Shown here: positions 48,834 through 58,629 of the stretch, piece after piece
How the letters are laid out: each line of letters opens with the position of its first letter
Position numbering within the stretch: the first letter of the stretch is position 1
Source: Candidatus Nomurabacteria bacterium
GTDB taxonomy: Bacteria > Patescibacteriota > Minisyncoccia > Phycocordibacterales > UBA5272
Length of the DNA: 64,000 nt
NCBI GenBank assembly: GCA_040376695.1
Contig: JBEIQD010000001.1
Coordinates: 15,615-79,614 of the forward strand
Reading direction: 5' to 3'
Notes under the pieces: model-generated
Told to the model about the DNA's origin: nothing
Seen by the model: the letters and a program-made list of their open reading frames with translations, nothing else
Database searches by the model: none
Program-made: the position numbers and the translations under genes

Positions 48834-50450
48834 ATGAATAGACATATAGAAAAAATTATTACAGACGCAAAGGATATCCGAAAGGAATCATGGAGAGTTT
48901 ATCGTGAACAGCCAAAGTGGTATCAGATTATAGAATTAACAGGCTTTGTTATTGTTGTGATTGTCGCGCTTTTGAGTCTAGGCGGAGACATTGCCCAAGT
49001 TGAAGAAACAAAAGCAACTCGAGTTGTGGTTGTTACCCCTGTTTCAGAGCTTGCAAACACAGACTCTAATCTCCCTCTTCTTGGAACAGTTACTTCTACA
49101 AGTGAAGCAACAATTCGAGCTGAATCTTCTGGAAAATTAACAAGAGTATATAAAAAACTTGGAGACTATGTTGTAGCAGGACAAGTTATTGCTGAGTTTG
49201 AAAACTCTGGTGAACGAGCTGCTGTGCTTCAAGCGGAAGGAGCGTATGATTCTGCTAAAGCGTCTCGAGATATTTCTAAGATCAACTCTGGAACAAGTAA
49301 CTCTTCTCTTGCTGAAGCAAAAACAAACGCACTTAACGTTATTTCAAGTGCGTACATCAGTATGGATGATGTTATCCGTGTAAAAACAGATACATTCTAC
49401 GGTAATCCTCGAAATGCAGATGCTCGATTCCTTCTTGCTGTTCCTGATTCAAGTCTCATCTACTCTCTTGAAGTTCAAAGAAAAGCTATAGAAAAAATGC
49501 TTGTAGCTCGTGACGCGAAGAATAGAACTCTTAGCACTGGAAGTGATCTTGTTGGAGAGTTAAATATCATTGGAAACGAAGTTCAGATGATAAAAACATA
49601 TTTAGACGACCTTGCTTCTGCGTATACAAAAGCAATTCCTGATTCAACGTATTCACAAGCAACTATCGATGGAGGTAAAACATCTGTTGGAGTTGCTCGA
49701 AGCACTATTTCAGGAACAGCTTCTTCTATTACAGGAAGTCGCACCTCTTTAAACGCATCAATTGCAGCGCTCGAAATTGCAGGGAAGACCTCAGGAGACA
49801 CTTCAGGTAACACAGCTTCTGCTGATGCAATGGTTAAACAAGCGCTTGGTGCGTATAATGCCGCCCTCTCTCGTTTGGAGAAAACAGTTGTTCGTAGCCC
49901 TATTACGGGAACACTAAATTCATTTTCAATTGAAACAGGAGATTTTATTTCTGCGTTTACAGAAATAGCAGTTGTGTCGAATAACGGTGCGCTCGAAGTT
50001 CTTGCATATGTAACAGAAGATGATGCAAAGCGTATCTCTGCTGGAAATGAAGTGCTTATTGATGGAACAACAAAAGGTATCATTACTCGAATTGCTTCTG
50101 CTATTGACCCGCGTACAAAAAAGATTGAAGTGCGTGTAGGTATCAAGGACGCCACAACCACACTCATTAATGGACAATCAGTTCGTATTACCATTACTCA
50201 AAGTAAAACTAAAGTTACTTCAACGAGTGGACCTATTAAGATTCCCCTCTCTGCGCTTAAACTTACTCCAAGCGGCGCTTTTGTATTCACTATGAGTGCA
50301 ACTAGTTCCCTGATTGCGCTCCCTGTTAAGGAAGGTGCAATTCTCGGTGAAGAAATTCAAATCCTCTCTGGATTAGATGGAACAGAGTCTATTGTCACAG
50401 ATGCTCGTGGATTAAAAGCAGGAATGGTGGTTGAAGTTAAGGGAAACTAA
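48834..50450 (+). CDS. RND efflux membrane-fusion (adaptor) protein with long helical hairpin
   Basis: GDYVVAGQVIA / VRSPITG lipoyl halves, IDPRTKKIEV, EILSGL. Confidence 0.88.
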   Translation: MNRHIEKIITDAKDIRKESWRVYREQPKWYQIIELTGFVIVVIVALLSLGGDIAQVEETKATRVVVVTPVSELANTDSNLPLLGTVTSTSEATIRAESSGKLTRVYKKLGDYVVAGQVIAEFENSGERAAVLQAEGAYDSAKASRDISKINSGTSNSSLAEAKTNALNVISSAYISMDDVIRVKTDTFYGNPRNADARFLLAVPDSSLIYSLEVQRKAIEKMLVARDAKNRTLSTGSDLVGELNIIGNEVQMIKTYLDDLASAYTKAIPDSTYSQATIDGGKTSVGVARSTISGTASSITGSRTSLNASIAALEIAGKTSGDTSGNTASADAMVKQALGAYNAALSRLEKTVVRSPITGTLNSFSIETGDFISAFTEIAVVSNNGALEVLAYVTEDDAKRISAGNEVLIDGTTKGIITRIASAIDPRTKKIEVRVGIKDATTTLINGQSVRITITQSKTKVTSTSGPIKIPLSALKLTPSGAFVFTMSATSSLIALPVKEGAILGEEIQILSGLDGTESIVTDARGLKAGMVVEVKGN

Positions 50451-50460
50451 TACTACTTTT

Positions 50461-53400
50461 ATGCACTCACTCTGGACATTTTTCCTCAAAAAACGAGCGT
50501 TTACGTACTTGCTCATGATCGTTCTCATTTTAATGGGACTTACTTCTCTCGTTGCTATTCCTAAAGAATCATCACCTGAAATTATTATTCCGATGGGTAT
50601 TGTTTCAACTGTACTTCGCGGCGCTTCAGCTGAAGATACTGAAAAACTTATTACTGATAAGTTGGAAAGTGAAATTACAAACGTTGAAAATATAGATAAA
50701 GTTACTTCTTCTTCTCAAGAAGGTGTTTCTGTTATTACTGCACAGTTTAATGCCTCAGCAGATATTGAAAAATCAATTCAGGATTTGAAAGACGCGGTTG
50801 ATCGCGTGAAGGGCGAGCTTCCAGCAGACGCCACGGACCCCATGGTAATGAAAATAAACTTTGCAGATCAGCCAATGCTTATTGTGTCTGTTTCGCAAGA
50901 TTTATCTCCCGCAGGAATGACAGCTCTTGGAGATGACCTTGAAATTCAGCTTAAAAAAGTTGAAGGAGTATCTAAGGTTGAGATCTCAGGTACTCGTGAT
51001 CGTGAAATACAGGTTGTGGTACGAAAGGAGCAGCTTGCTAACTACGGGCTAACACTTAACCAAGTTATTGCCGCTATTGCAGGAGCAAATGCCTCATCCC
51101 CTATTGGAAGCATTACTGTTGCTGATGTTGACTACCCTATTAAATTTGCTGGTTCAATTGAAAACGCAATTGAAGTTCCAGAAATTACTATTCAAACAGC
51201 CTCAGGGGTTCCAGTGTACTTGCGTGATATCGCATTCATCGCTGATGGACTTGCTGCGCCGTCTACATTTTCACGTATCTCAGTGCAGGGCGCACCATCG
51301 GAGAACGCGCTTACACTTAATGTGTATAAGAAGTCTGGTGGAGATGTAACAAAGATCGCTAAAGCAACGCGAGAAAAAATAGAAGAGCTCAAGAAGACAA
51401 CATTATCAGGCGCTCAAGTTGTTGTATCACTTGATACTGGAGAGCTTGTAAAGAAAGACTTAAGTGATCTTACAAAAACTGGACTTGAAACTATTTTCCT
51501 TGTGATGCTTGTGCTCTTCCTTACGATTGGATGGCGTGAGTCACTCGTTGCTGGACTATCTATTCCGCTTTCGTTTGTAATTGCTTTCACGGGATTATAT
51601 CTTTCAGGAAACACTATTAACTTCATGTCCCTCTTCTCGCTTATTCTTGCGATCGGAATTCTCGTGGACTCTGGTATTGTGGTGGCCGAAGCCATACATA
51701 CTCGGTTAAAGAAATATGGAAGCGCTGAAGGTGCCGCTATTGCCTCAATTAAAGAATACGCATGGCCTCTCATTGCAGGAACCATGACAACGGTTGCAGT
51801 GTTTGCCCCACTCTTCTTCCTTTCTGGAATTGTTGGTAAATTTATTTCATCTATTCCGTTTACCATTATCTTCGTTCTCCTTGCATCCATTGTGGTAGCG
51901 CTCGGGTTTGTTCCTCTTCTTGCAATACTTCTCACGAAAGATCACAAGAGTCGCTTTGAAGATATTCAGGAAGCGTGGTCAGAAAAAGCACAAACGTGGT
52001 ATAAAGGATTTCTCGGACGCATCCTCGATAGTCGAAAATCTCAGAACAGATTCTTTGCGCTACTTGCTATCGGGTTTGTTCTCGCTATAGCGCTCCCTGT
52101 CACTGGACTTCTTAAGGTTTCTTTCTTCCCGCAAGATGACCAAGATTATGCCTTTGTTTCAATTGAACGCCCTCAAGGAACCCCTCTTACAACGACAGAC
52201 CTTACAGTGCGTGAAGTAGAAGAAATTCTCTACACAAGTCCATATATTGAATCTTTCGTTACAACGGTTGGGGCTAGTTCTGCTCTTTCTGGTTCTGGAG
52301 GCGGGTCAGGTTCTAAGCTTGCGAACATCACTGTTATTCTTCCAAAAGAACGAGAGCTTTCTTCAAGTGAAATTGTAGAAAAATTACGACAAGCATTAGC
52401 TCCAGTTTCTTCAGGCGTTGTTAAAGTTGATCAAGGAAATAACGGCCCTCCAAGTGGAGATCCTGTTGTTATTAAATTCCTGGGAGATAACTTAGAAGAA
52501 CTCAGTGAAGCGGCAGCAAAAGCAGAAACCATTCTTTCTTCTATCGAGGGAGCGCAAGATGTAACAACCTCTCTACGGGATGATGGTACTCAGTTTGAAA
52601 TCTCTGTTGACCGTGTGAAAGCAGCTCAAGTGGGACTCTCTGCGGCTTCGGTTGCTCAACTTCTTCGAACGTCAGTTTCTGGAGTAACAGCGACGACAAT
52701 TAAAAAATCAGGTACGGATATAGACATTGTGGTAAAGACTGATCTTAATCCTGACTTTATTAATCCAGAAGATACTAACAACACCACGATTGATAGTATC
52801 AAGGGTCTACCCGTTGCAACTCCGTCTGGCACAATACTCCTTGGTTCTCTTATTACTACAAAGATAACTGAATCTCGTGCTGTTATTAATCACGAAGATC
52901 AAAAGCGTATAGCAACAGTAACAAGTAAGCTTAGTGCTTCAGGTAATGCTCTTGTTGTAACATCTGAATTTCAGAAGCGAGAAAAAGAGCTTGGTCTCCC
53001 TGACACTGTAACAGTGAAGTACGGTGGAGATAATGAAGAAATTAATAAGACATTTACTGAAATGGGTCTCGCACTTTTGGCTGGTATGGCAGGAATGCTT
53101 GCTATTCTTGTACTTGAATTTAATTCATTCCGGTATGCGTTCTATCTTCTGTTTACGATCCCCCTTTCTCTTATCGGAGTATTGGGAGGTCTCACTATTA
53201 CTGGGCAAGCACTTTCGTTCTCATCGATGCTTGGACTCATTGCGCTTGCTGGAGTGATCATAAACCACGCCATCATTCTCTTAGATTCCATTCTACATAG
53301 ACTGGATCATGAGAAAGAAGAATCTGATGGAGGTAGGTCATCTAAAAATCTTCGAGATACGATTGTGGAAGCTTCTGCAATTCGACTTCGCCCAATCTTT

Positions 53401-53577
53401 CTTACAACGCTCACCACAGTGATCGGTATGATTCCACTTGCTCGCGTGTCTGCACTCTGGGGACCGCTTGCGTTTGCAATTATGTTCGGACTTGCGTTTG
53501 CGATGATTCTTACGCTTGTGCTCATCCCGGTATTCTTCTACAGATACCCAGGAAAAAGATATAAGCACTTAAAGTAA
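50461..53577 (+). CDS. RND transporter permease (AcrB/AcrD/AcrF family)
   Basis: AIGILVDSGIVV, TMTTVAVFAPL, RLRPIFLTTLTT; about 1038 aa. Confidence 0.95.
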   Translation: MHSLWTFFLKKRAFTYLLMIVLILMGLTSLVAIPKESSPEIIIPMGIVSTVLRGASAEDTEKLITDKLESEITNVENIDKVTSSSQEGVSVITAQFNASADIEKSIQDLKDAVDRVKGELPADATDPMVMKINFADQPMLIVSVSQDLSPAGMTALGDDLEIQLKKVEGVSKVEISGTRDREIQVVVRKEQLANYGLTLNQVIAAIAGANASSPIGSITVADVDYPIKFAGSIENAIEVPEITIQTASGVPVYLRDIAFIADGLAAPSTFSRISVQGAPSENALTLNVYKKSGGDVTKIAKATREKIEELKKTTLSGAQVVVSLDTGELVKKDLSDLTKTGLETIFLVMLVLFLTIGWRESLVAGLSIPLSFVIAFTGLYLSGNTINFMSLFSLILAIGILVDSGIVVAEAIHTRLKKYGSAEGAAIASIKEYAWPLIAGTMTTVAVFAPLFFLSGIVGKFISSIPFTIIFVLLASIVVALGFVPLLAILLTKDHKSRFEDIQEAWSEKAQTWYKGFLGRILDSRKSQNRFFALLAIGFVLAIALPVTGLLKVSFFPQDDQDYAFVSIERPQGTPLTTTDLTVREVEEILYTSPYIESFVTTVGASSALSGSGGGSGSKLANITVILPKERELSSSEIVEKLRQALAPVSSGVVKVDQGNNGPPSGDPVVIKFLGDNLEELSEAAAKAETILSSIEGAQDVTTSLRDDGTQFEISVDRVKAAQVGLSAASVAQLLRTSVSGVTATTIKKSGTDIDIVVKTDLNPDFINPEDTNNTTIDSIKGLPVATPSGTILLGSLITTKITESRAVINHEDQKRIATVTSKLSASGNALVVTSEFQKREKELGLPDTVTVKYGGDNEEINKTFTEMGLALLAGMAGMLAILVLEFNSFRYAFYLLFTIPLSLIGVLGGLTITGQALSFSSMLGLIALAGVIINHAIILLDSILHRLDHEKEESDGGRSSKNLRDTIVEASAIRLRPIFLTTLTTVIGMIPLARVSALWGPLAFAIMFGLAFAMILTLVLIPVFFYRYPGKRYKHLK

Positions 53578-53587
53578 AACAAAATAT

Positions 53588-53612
53588 AAACCCCCACATG
53601 TGTGGGGGTTTT
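53588..53612. terminator. Bidirectional terminator
   Basis: AAACCCCCACA-TG-TGTGGGGGTTTT between convergent genes. Confidence 0.8.
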
Positions 53613-53627
53613 ATTTGACCGGAATTC

Positions 53628-54032
53628 CTATTCTCCGATGAATACTCGAGAGCTCCCGCCTTGGTACACAATATATGTGGTGCATCCACCGTAGGCAGCA
53701 TGCCTATCAGTCTCTTTATTGTGGATTTCTTCGAGGCGCCTTCTTGCTTCCTGAGCAACACTCTCTTCCAGATAGTAAAGCGCAGATGGGTGGTCCATAG
53801 CAGAAATAATCTGCTGTTCAGTAGAAACACATTTTGAATACTGAAAGCCAGGGCATGACTTCAAATGAAATCGGTATCCCCGCTTCTTCTCGAAGAGTGT
53901 ATCCACTTCTTTCCTGGTCACCTCTTCACCGTATTCCAGGGTTGGCCAGAGCCCTCTTTCAAGGAAGTAGTCCAAATCTGATGAGTGGGCGATTTCAAGT
54001 TGGCCACATTTAGCGCATGGAAATCCAAGCAT
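53628..54032 (-). CDS. Orphan Cys-containing hypothetical protein (134 aa)
   Basis: Start moved to ATG 54032 because of AAGGAGG at 54038-54044; TTGACA at 54086-54091; CAKC...H. Confidence 0.7.
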   Translation of the reverse strand: MLGFPCAKCGQLEIAHSSDLDYFLERGLWPTLEYGEEVTRKEVDTLFEKKRGYRFHLKSCPGFQYSKCVSTEQQIISAMDHPSALYYLEESVAQEARRRLEEIHNKETDRHAAYGGCTTYIVYQGGSSRVFIGE

Positions 54033-54092
54033 AAGAGCCTCCTTTAAGTACAAGTTGTACTGATTCAACCACTAAACGGTTTCTCTGTCAAT

Positions 54093-55352
54093 TTAAGCAT
54101 TCTTTCCAGCAACGTGCCCCGTTGTCCAGCAAAGCTGAAGAGAATATCCTCCCGAAGGTCTATCAATATGAAGTACGTCTCCGGTAAGGAAGAGCCCTGG
54201 TACGATACGAGATTCCATCGTCTTTGTATCGACTTCAGTGAGTGGTACACCACCTGAAGAAACAATAGCCTTATCTTTTCCTAGAAGTTCTTTCACATGG
54301 AAAGGAATCGCTTTGATCGTTTCAATAAGTTTAACTCGTTCTTCACTTCGTACACTGTGACAGAATGTATCACCATCAATTTCTGCAAGCTTAAGAATAT
54401 GAGTCACAAGCGATGAAGGGATAAGCATTGAAAGCACATTTTTAATTTTACGGTTACTTTCTTCAACAAGAATATTCTGAAGCTCTGTTTTTAGTTTTCC
54501 TTCATCCTTTGCAGGGAAAAGATCCAGTGTTATTACAACCTCTCCGTATTTTAAAAGTTCCCCAACGTCTTTACTCATGTTCAGTACTGTTGGACCACTT
54601 ATTCCGACATGAGTGAAAAGAAGTTTACCTTTGTAAGCTTCCTGCTTTTTATTATTTTGAAATGTAGTAAGTTTTATATCAGTCAAAGCAACACCACTTA
54701 CTTTTTTAACCCACGCGTCAGTAAGAGCAATAGGAACAAGGGCTGCATTGTTTTCAACAATTGTATGATGTAGCTTCTTTAGCCATTGGAAGCCTTCTCC
54801 TGTCGAACCTGTTTCAGGGCGAGATGTTCCTCCTGTCGCAACAATCACCTTTTTCGCAAAGATTTTATTACCACTCTTCGTGAGAATTGAAAATGTTTCC
54901 CCGTCTTTTTCTTTCGTGATACCTGCAACAGTCGTACTTTTGTGAATTTGTACTTTACCTGCTTTCATATATTCATACAAAACATCAAACACAGATTGAG
55001 CTGAGTTTGATACTGGGAAAATTCTACCCTCATTTTCTTCTTTTGTTTCCATTCCTCGTCCATTAAAAAACGCTAATGTGCTAGCTACATTCCATTGTGA
55101 AAATGTTGAAAAAAGAAACTGATCATTTCCTTTGTATTTTGCCAACATTGCACGGTCGTCAGTTTTATTATTGGTTACATTACATCTTCCTCCACCCGTG
55201 ATGAGAAGCTTCTTACCGAGCTCTGGGTTTTTTTCAAGTAGAAGGACAGATTTCCCAGCTTCCCCAGCTGTTCCTGCTGCCATCATTCCACTAGCTCCTC
55301 CTCCAATAACGACTACGTCCCACAATGTGCTTCCTGAGGGCATTGTAGTCAT
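54093..55352 (-). CDS. HI0933/YhiN-family flavoprotein
   Basis: IGGGASGMMAA, GKKLLITGGGRCNVTN, LFTHVGISGP, GGYSLQ. Confidence 0.93.
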   Translation of the reverse strand: MTTMPSGSTLWDVVVIGGGASGMMAAGTAGEAGKSVLLLEKNPELGKKLLITGGGRCNVTNNKTDDRAMLAKYKGNDQFLFSTFSQWNVASTLAFFNGRGMETKEENEGRIFPVSNSAQSVFDVLYEYMKAGKVQIHKSTTVAGITKEKDGETFSILTKSGNKIFAKKVIVATGGTSRPETGSTGEGFQWLKKLHHTIVENNAALVPIALTDAWVKKVSGVALTDIKLTTFQNNKKQEAYKGKLLFTHVGISGPTVLNMSKDVGELLKYGEVVITLDLFPAKDEGKLKTELQNILVEESNRKIKNVLSMLIPSSLVTHILKLAEIDGDTFCHSVRSEERVKLIETIKAIPFHVKELLGKDKAIVSSGGVPLTEVDTKTMESRIVPGLFLTGDVLHIDRPSGGYSLQLCWTTGHVAGKNA

Positions 55353-55353
55353 A

Positions 55354-56097
55354 TTAGTGTACGTTCTGCTTATTCCATTCGTAGAGTGTTACCGCAACAG
55401 CATTTGAAGCATTCAGTGATTCACAGCGCTGATCAATATCTATTGAAAGTCTAAAGTCACATACTTCAAGCGTCTTTGGGCGAATACCTTCTCCTTCGTT
55501 TCCAATTACAAGTACCATCGGTGTATCAAATTCTGCTGTCTTTAGTTTTGTTTCACCTTCTCCGTCGAGTGCGTATGTCCAGTACCCCTTCTCCTTTAGG
55601 TTTCTGATGGTTGTGTTTACGTTTGTAATATGAACAATAGGGAGAGAAAACACAGCTCCCGCTGAAGTTTTAATTACCGTGCTTGTTACCTGTACTTGGT
55701 CATGTTCTGGCATAAGGATTCCTGTTGCTCCAAACGCAAGCGCTGATCGGATAATAGCCCCCACATTGTGTGGGTCCTGTAACTCATCAAGAAGGATGAA
55801 CAGAGGCTGCTTAGAGCTCTTTTTTGCCTTCTGAAGGGCCTCTTCCATAGAGGTGTAGATCTTTCGATCGTTAAGCTGAGCACACACACCTTGGTGGGTT
55901 GCTTCTCTTCCTGTCATACTCCCCATTTCTTCAGGAGTGATTCGTTCGTGCTTAATGCCGTTCTTCTGAAGAAGCCCAATTACCTTACCGTCAGCTTCTG
56001 CTGCAGGGGTAAGAAATACTCGTTCAATAAGGCCTGGTTTTTCTACTTTAAGCGCCTCAGCGAGTGAGTTACGTCCATAGAGATATAGGTTAGTCAT
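55354..56097 (-). CDS. rlmB: 23S rRNA Gm2251 methyltransferase (TrmH/SPOUT)
   Basis: LYGRN, HQGV, DPHNVGAIIRS, GNEGEG, ESLNASNA. Confidence 0.9.
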   Translation of the reverse strand: MTNLYLYGRNSLAEALKVEKPGLIERVFLTPAAEADGKVIGLLQKNGIKHERITPEEMGSMTGREATHQGVCAQLNDRKIYTSMEEALQKAKKSSKQPLFILLDELQDPHNVGAIIRSALAFGATGILMPEHDQVQVTSTVIKTSAGAVFSLPIVHITNVNTTIRNLKEKGYWTYALDGEGETKLKTAEFDTPMVLVIGNEGEGIRPKTLEVCDFRLSIDIDQRCESLNASNAVAVTLYEWNKQNVH

Positions 56098-56195
56098 GTG
56101 TGCAGTATAGCACAATAAAACGATTTCTCAAAGATGTAAAGAGATACAAAAAGAACAACGTTTTGGCGTTGTTCTTTGAGTGCTGCTTAGATTTT

Positions 56196-56753
56196 TTAGT
56201 TTACGGCAGTGAATGTAACTGTTGTTGGAATCGTAAATGTAGCTTCTGTGGCAATCCAATCATCGCAATCATAATCCCCTATTTGTTCGAGATATGAATT
56301 AGGTGATCCTTGAATATCTCCTGTTACGCCAATATTTGCTGTGACTGCTCCGATGTCAGTTGTGCTTTTTAGTTTGAAGCCTTGTGTAGGTGTCTTAGAG
56401 TTCCATACGTATGTCATGCCATCTCGCATGATAAATGTTACGTTAACTTTTTGGCCACTGTAGTTTGCTGTGAATTCTCCGCGAACAAGTTTCTTGTCTA
56501 AGTATACAGTCCCCTTTGTTTCTTCACCGTTGATGTATTGATTGACTGAACACTTATATGTCGCTTCCTCTTGTTTTGCTAATTGACTGAACGCCATCTT
56601 CTTACCTTCAGGTGTAGAAGTTACTGGCGTTGAAGTTGCTACTTCTTGATTGTTTACAAGAGCTGTTTCTTTATTTGCTTGTGAATAATATATAACCGCT
56701 ACTAATAGTGCGACAATCGCAGCCCCAAGTATCATTTTTGTTCCTGTTTTCAT
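56196..56753 (-). CDS. Membrane-anchored/secreted hypothetical protein
   Basis: N-terminal TM; beta-rich domain with two Cys. Confidence 0.7.
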   Translation of the reverse strand: MKTGTKMILGAAIVALLVAVIYYSQANKETALVNNQEVATSTPVTSTPEGKKMAFSQLAKQEEATYKCSVNQYINGEETKGTVYLDKKLVRGEFTANYSGQKVNVTFIMRDGMTYVWNSKTPTQGFKLKSTTDIGAVTANIGVTGDIQGSPNSYLEQIGDYDCDDWIATEATFTIPTTVTFTAVN

Positions 56754-56871
56754 ATGTTCTAAGTATAGCGCACTTTTTTGCAGGTCAATGGATAGAAAAT
56801 GTAAGATTTTACCCTGTGTCACCATCATATATACTGTATGGAGCCATTATCAACAATAATTCAAAATCAAT

Positions 56872-57621
56872 ATGGCATTTATCTTTATATTCCTGCTCAT
56901 CGCATTGGTAATCGTGCTTATCAGTATCCGTCAGATCAACCAATACCAGCGTGGTATCAAGTTTACGTTCGGGAAATTTACAGAAGTTATGGAACCGGGA
57001 TGGCGCCTCGTGTGGCCAATCATTCAAAGTTCTCAGAAGGTAGATATTCGAACTAAAGCGGTGGATGTGCCTGATCAGAAGGCTATCACACGGGATAACG
57101 TTTCTATTACTGTGAACGCTGTTATTTACTACAAGATTAGTGATGCATCAAAAGCTATTCTTGAAGTAGAAGATTACAAGTATGCTATTTTCCAGTACGC
57201 ACAAACAACAATGCGAAATATTGTTGGTGAAGTAACGCTCGATGAACTACTTGCATCTCGAGATAAGATTGCAGATAGAATTCGTGAGATTGTTGATAGC
57301 GAAACTACCTCATGGGGGCTTAAGGTTCAAAATGTTGAACTTAAAGATGTAAGTCTTCCTACGGAGCTTGAGCGAGTAATCGGAAAGCAGGCTGAAGCTG
57401 AACGAGAGAAGCGGGCAGTTATTATTACTTCAGAAGGAGAACTTGCTGCTTCAGAAAACATGGCCAAAGCAGCAGCAATGTTATCGTCTGCTCCTGGAGC
57501 TCTTCATCTTCGAACGCTACAGTCTATTAACGACATGTCATCTGACCAATCAAATACAGTCGTATACATGCTCCCAGTTGAAGCATTAAAGGCGCTCGAA
57601 GGGTTTGCAAAGAAGGGTTAG
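56872..57621 (+). CDS. SPFH/stomatin (slipin) family protein
   Basis: ITRDNVSITVNAV, AQTTMRNIVG, QAEAEREKRA, ALHLRTLQ. Confidence 0.93.
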   Translation: MAFIFIFLLIALVIVLISIRQINQYQRGIKFTFGKFTEVMEPGWRLVWPIIQSSQKVDIRTKAVDVPDQKAITRDNVSITVNAVIYYKISDASKAILEVEDYKYAIFQYAQTTMRNIVGEVTLDELLASRDKIADRIREIVDSETTSWGLKVQNVELKDVSLPTELERVIGKQAEAEREKRAVIITSEGELAASENMAKAAAMLSSAPGALHLRTLQSINDMSSDQSNTVVYMLPVEALKALEGFAKKG

Positions 57622-57630
57622 AAATACTCT

Positions 57631-57674
57631 TTCTAAAAATAAAACCGCACATGTGTGCGGTTTTATTTTTAGAA
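57631..57674. terminator. Bidirectional terminator (21-bp arms)
   Basis: TTCTAAAAATAAAACCGCACA-TG-TGTGCGGTTTTATTTTTAGAA. Confidence 0.8.
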
Positions 57675-58229
57675 GAATCTTCGTACGACAGCACTTGCTA
57701 CTGCTTCGATGTTTAACGTATCGGGATCAGGATAAATTTTCTTAAACTTTTTGTTTGCTGGGATGAGCACCGGTTTCCCTTTTTCCATATTAAAGTATTT
57801 AAGCGTGTACTCTCCCTCCATCTGAGCAACAACGATATCTCCTTTAAGTGGCTCTCGTCCACGTTCTACAACCACAAGATCTCCATCAAAAATTCCGGCG
57901 TCTTTCATAGATTCCCCTTGCACTTCCAAAAGGTAGGTTCTTCCCTTTCGTCGCATAAGCATGCGATCTAGAGAAATTTTTTCAATGGTGCTTGCTTCTT
58001 CTGTTGTCGGGAATCCAGCTTGAATATTTCCAAGTTTCATAAATCCTCCAACAATGCCCATAATGAGGCGTCTCCCTTCTTTAATAAATACTCCCTCCTC
58101 AGTAAGTCGCTTCACTTTATAAGCAACGGTATTTTTAGATTTTACTCCAAAAAGTTTCTTCATCTCTTCATATGTTGGTACGCGCTCGTGTTCGTCGTAG
58201 AAAGCTATAATTTTATCTGTTTCAGTCAT
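57669..58229 (-). CDS. lexA: LexA-family SOS repressor
   Basis: N-terminal HTH (PTYEEM...KSKNTV), AG cleavage site (QAGFP), GESM serine, TLK lysine. Confidence 0.88.
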   Translation of the reverse strand: MTETDKIIAFYDEHERVPTYEEMKKLFGVKSKNTVAYKVKRLTEEGVFIKEGRRLIMGIVGGFMKLGNIQAGFPTTEEASTIEKISLDRMLMRRKGRTYLLEVQGESMKDAGIFDGDLVVVERGREPLKGDIVVAQMEGEYTLKYFNMEKGKPVLIPANKKFKKIYPDPDTLNIEAVASAVVRRFF

Positions 58230-58241
58230 GATATGAGTATA

Positions 58242-58259
58242 GTAGAACAAATGTTCTAC
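58242..58259. promoter_or_regulatory. LexA operator (GAAC-N4-GTTC type)
   Basis: GTAGAAC-AAAT-GTTCTAC fills the 17-bp spacer of the lexA promoter (TTGCTG...TATACT on - strand). Confidence 0.85.
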
Positions 58260-58316
58260 AGCAAGAGAAAAGTAATATTTACCTGTGTATAACTAGAAGA
58301 GTCCTCTCTGTAAACA

Positions 58317-58341
58317 AAAACCCCACGCGAGATGGGGTTTT
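58317..58341 (-). terminator. Rho-independent terminator
   Basis: AAAACCCCA-CGCGAGA-TGGGGTTTT. Confidence 0.65.
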
Positions 58342-58359
58342 AATGGCTTTCAAATAAGG

Positions 58360-58557
58360 CTATTGCCCGTTCCCGTTGTTGCCTGCAGGAAGCTCTAAGT
58401 TGATTGAAGCACTAGGGTTTTGAGTGTTGTCATCTTTCATGATAAGTGGAAGTCCGTATACAAAGATAACGACCATAAATAGTGCCGCTACGACGATTCC
58501 GATAAGTATTCCTGATCCACCTGAGTTGTCACTTGGGTTGTTTGTTACAGTTGCCAT
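58360..58557 (-). CDS. Small single-TM protein (65 aa)
   Basis: GGSGILIGIVVAALFMVVIFVYG TM segment; followed by a terminator. Confidence 0.7.
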   Translation of the reverse strand: MATVTNNPSDNSGGSGILIGIVVAALFMVVIFVYGLPLIMKDDNTQNPSASINLELPAGNNGNGQ

Positions 58558-58629
58558 GATTGTTGTGTTGATTTAATAGTTACATTTCATATGACGTAGA
58601 ATACGATTAAATATTACAAGTATTTCTCC

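Noticed and set aside
49583-51935. Long antisense ORFs (49583-50194, 51414-51935; also 11559-12134 and similar)
   Set aside because: They are shadows of well-supported genes on the opposite strand, with no independent motifs or expression signals.
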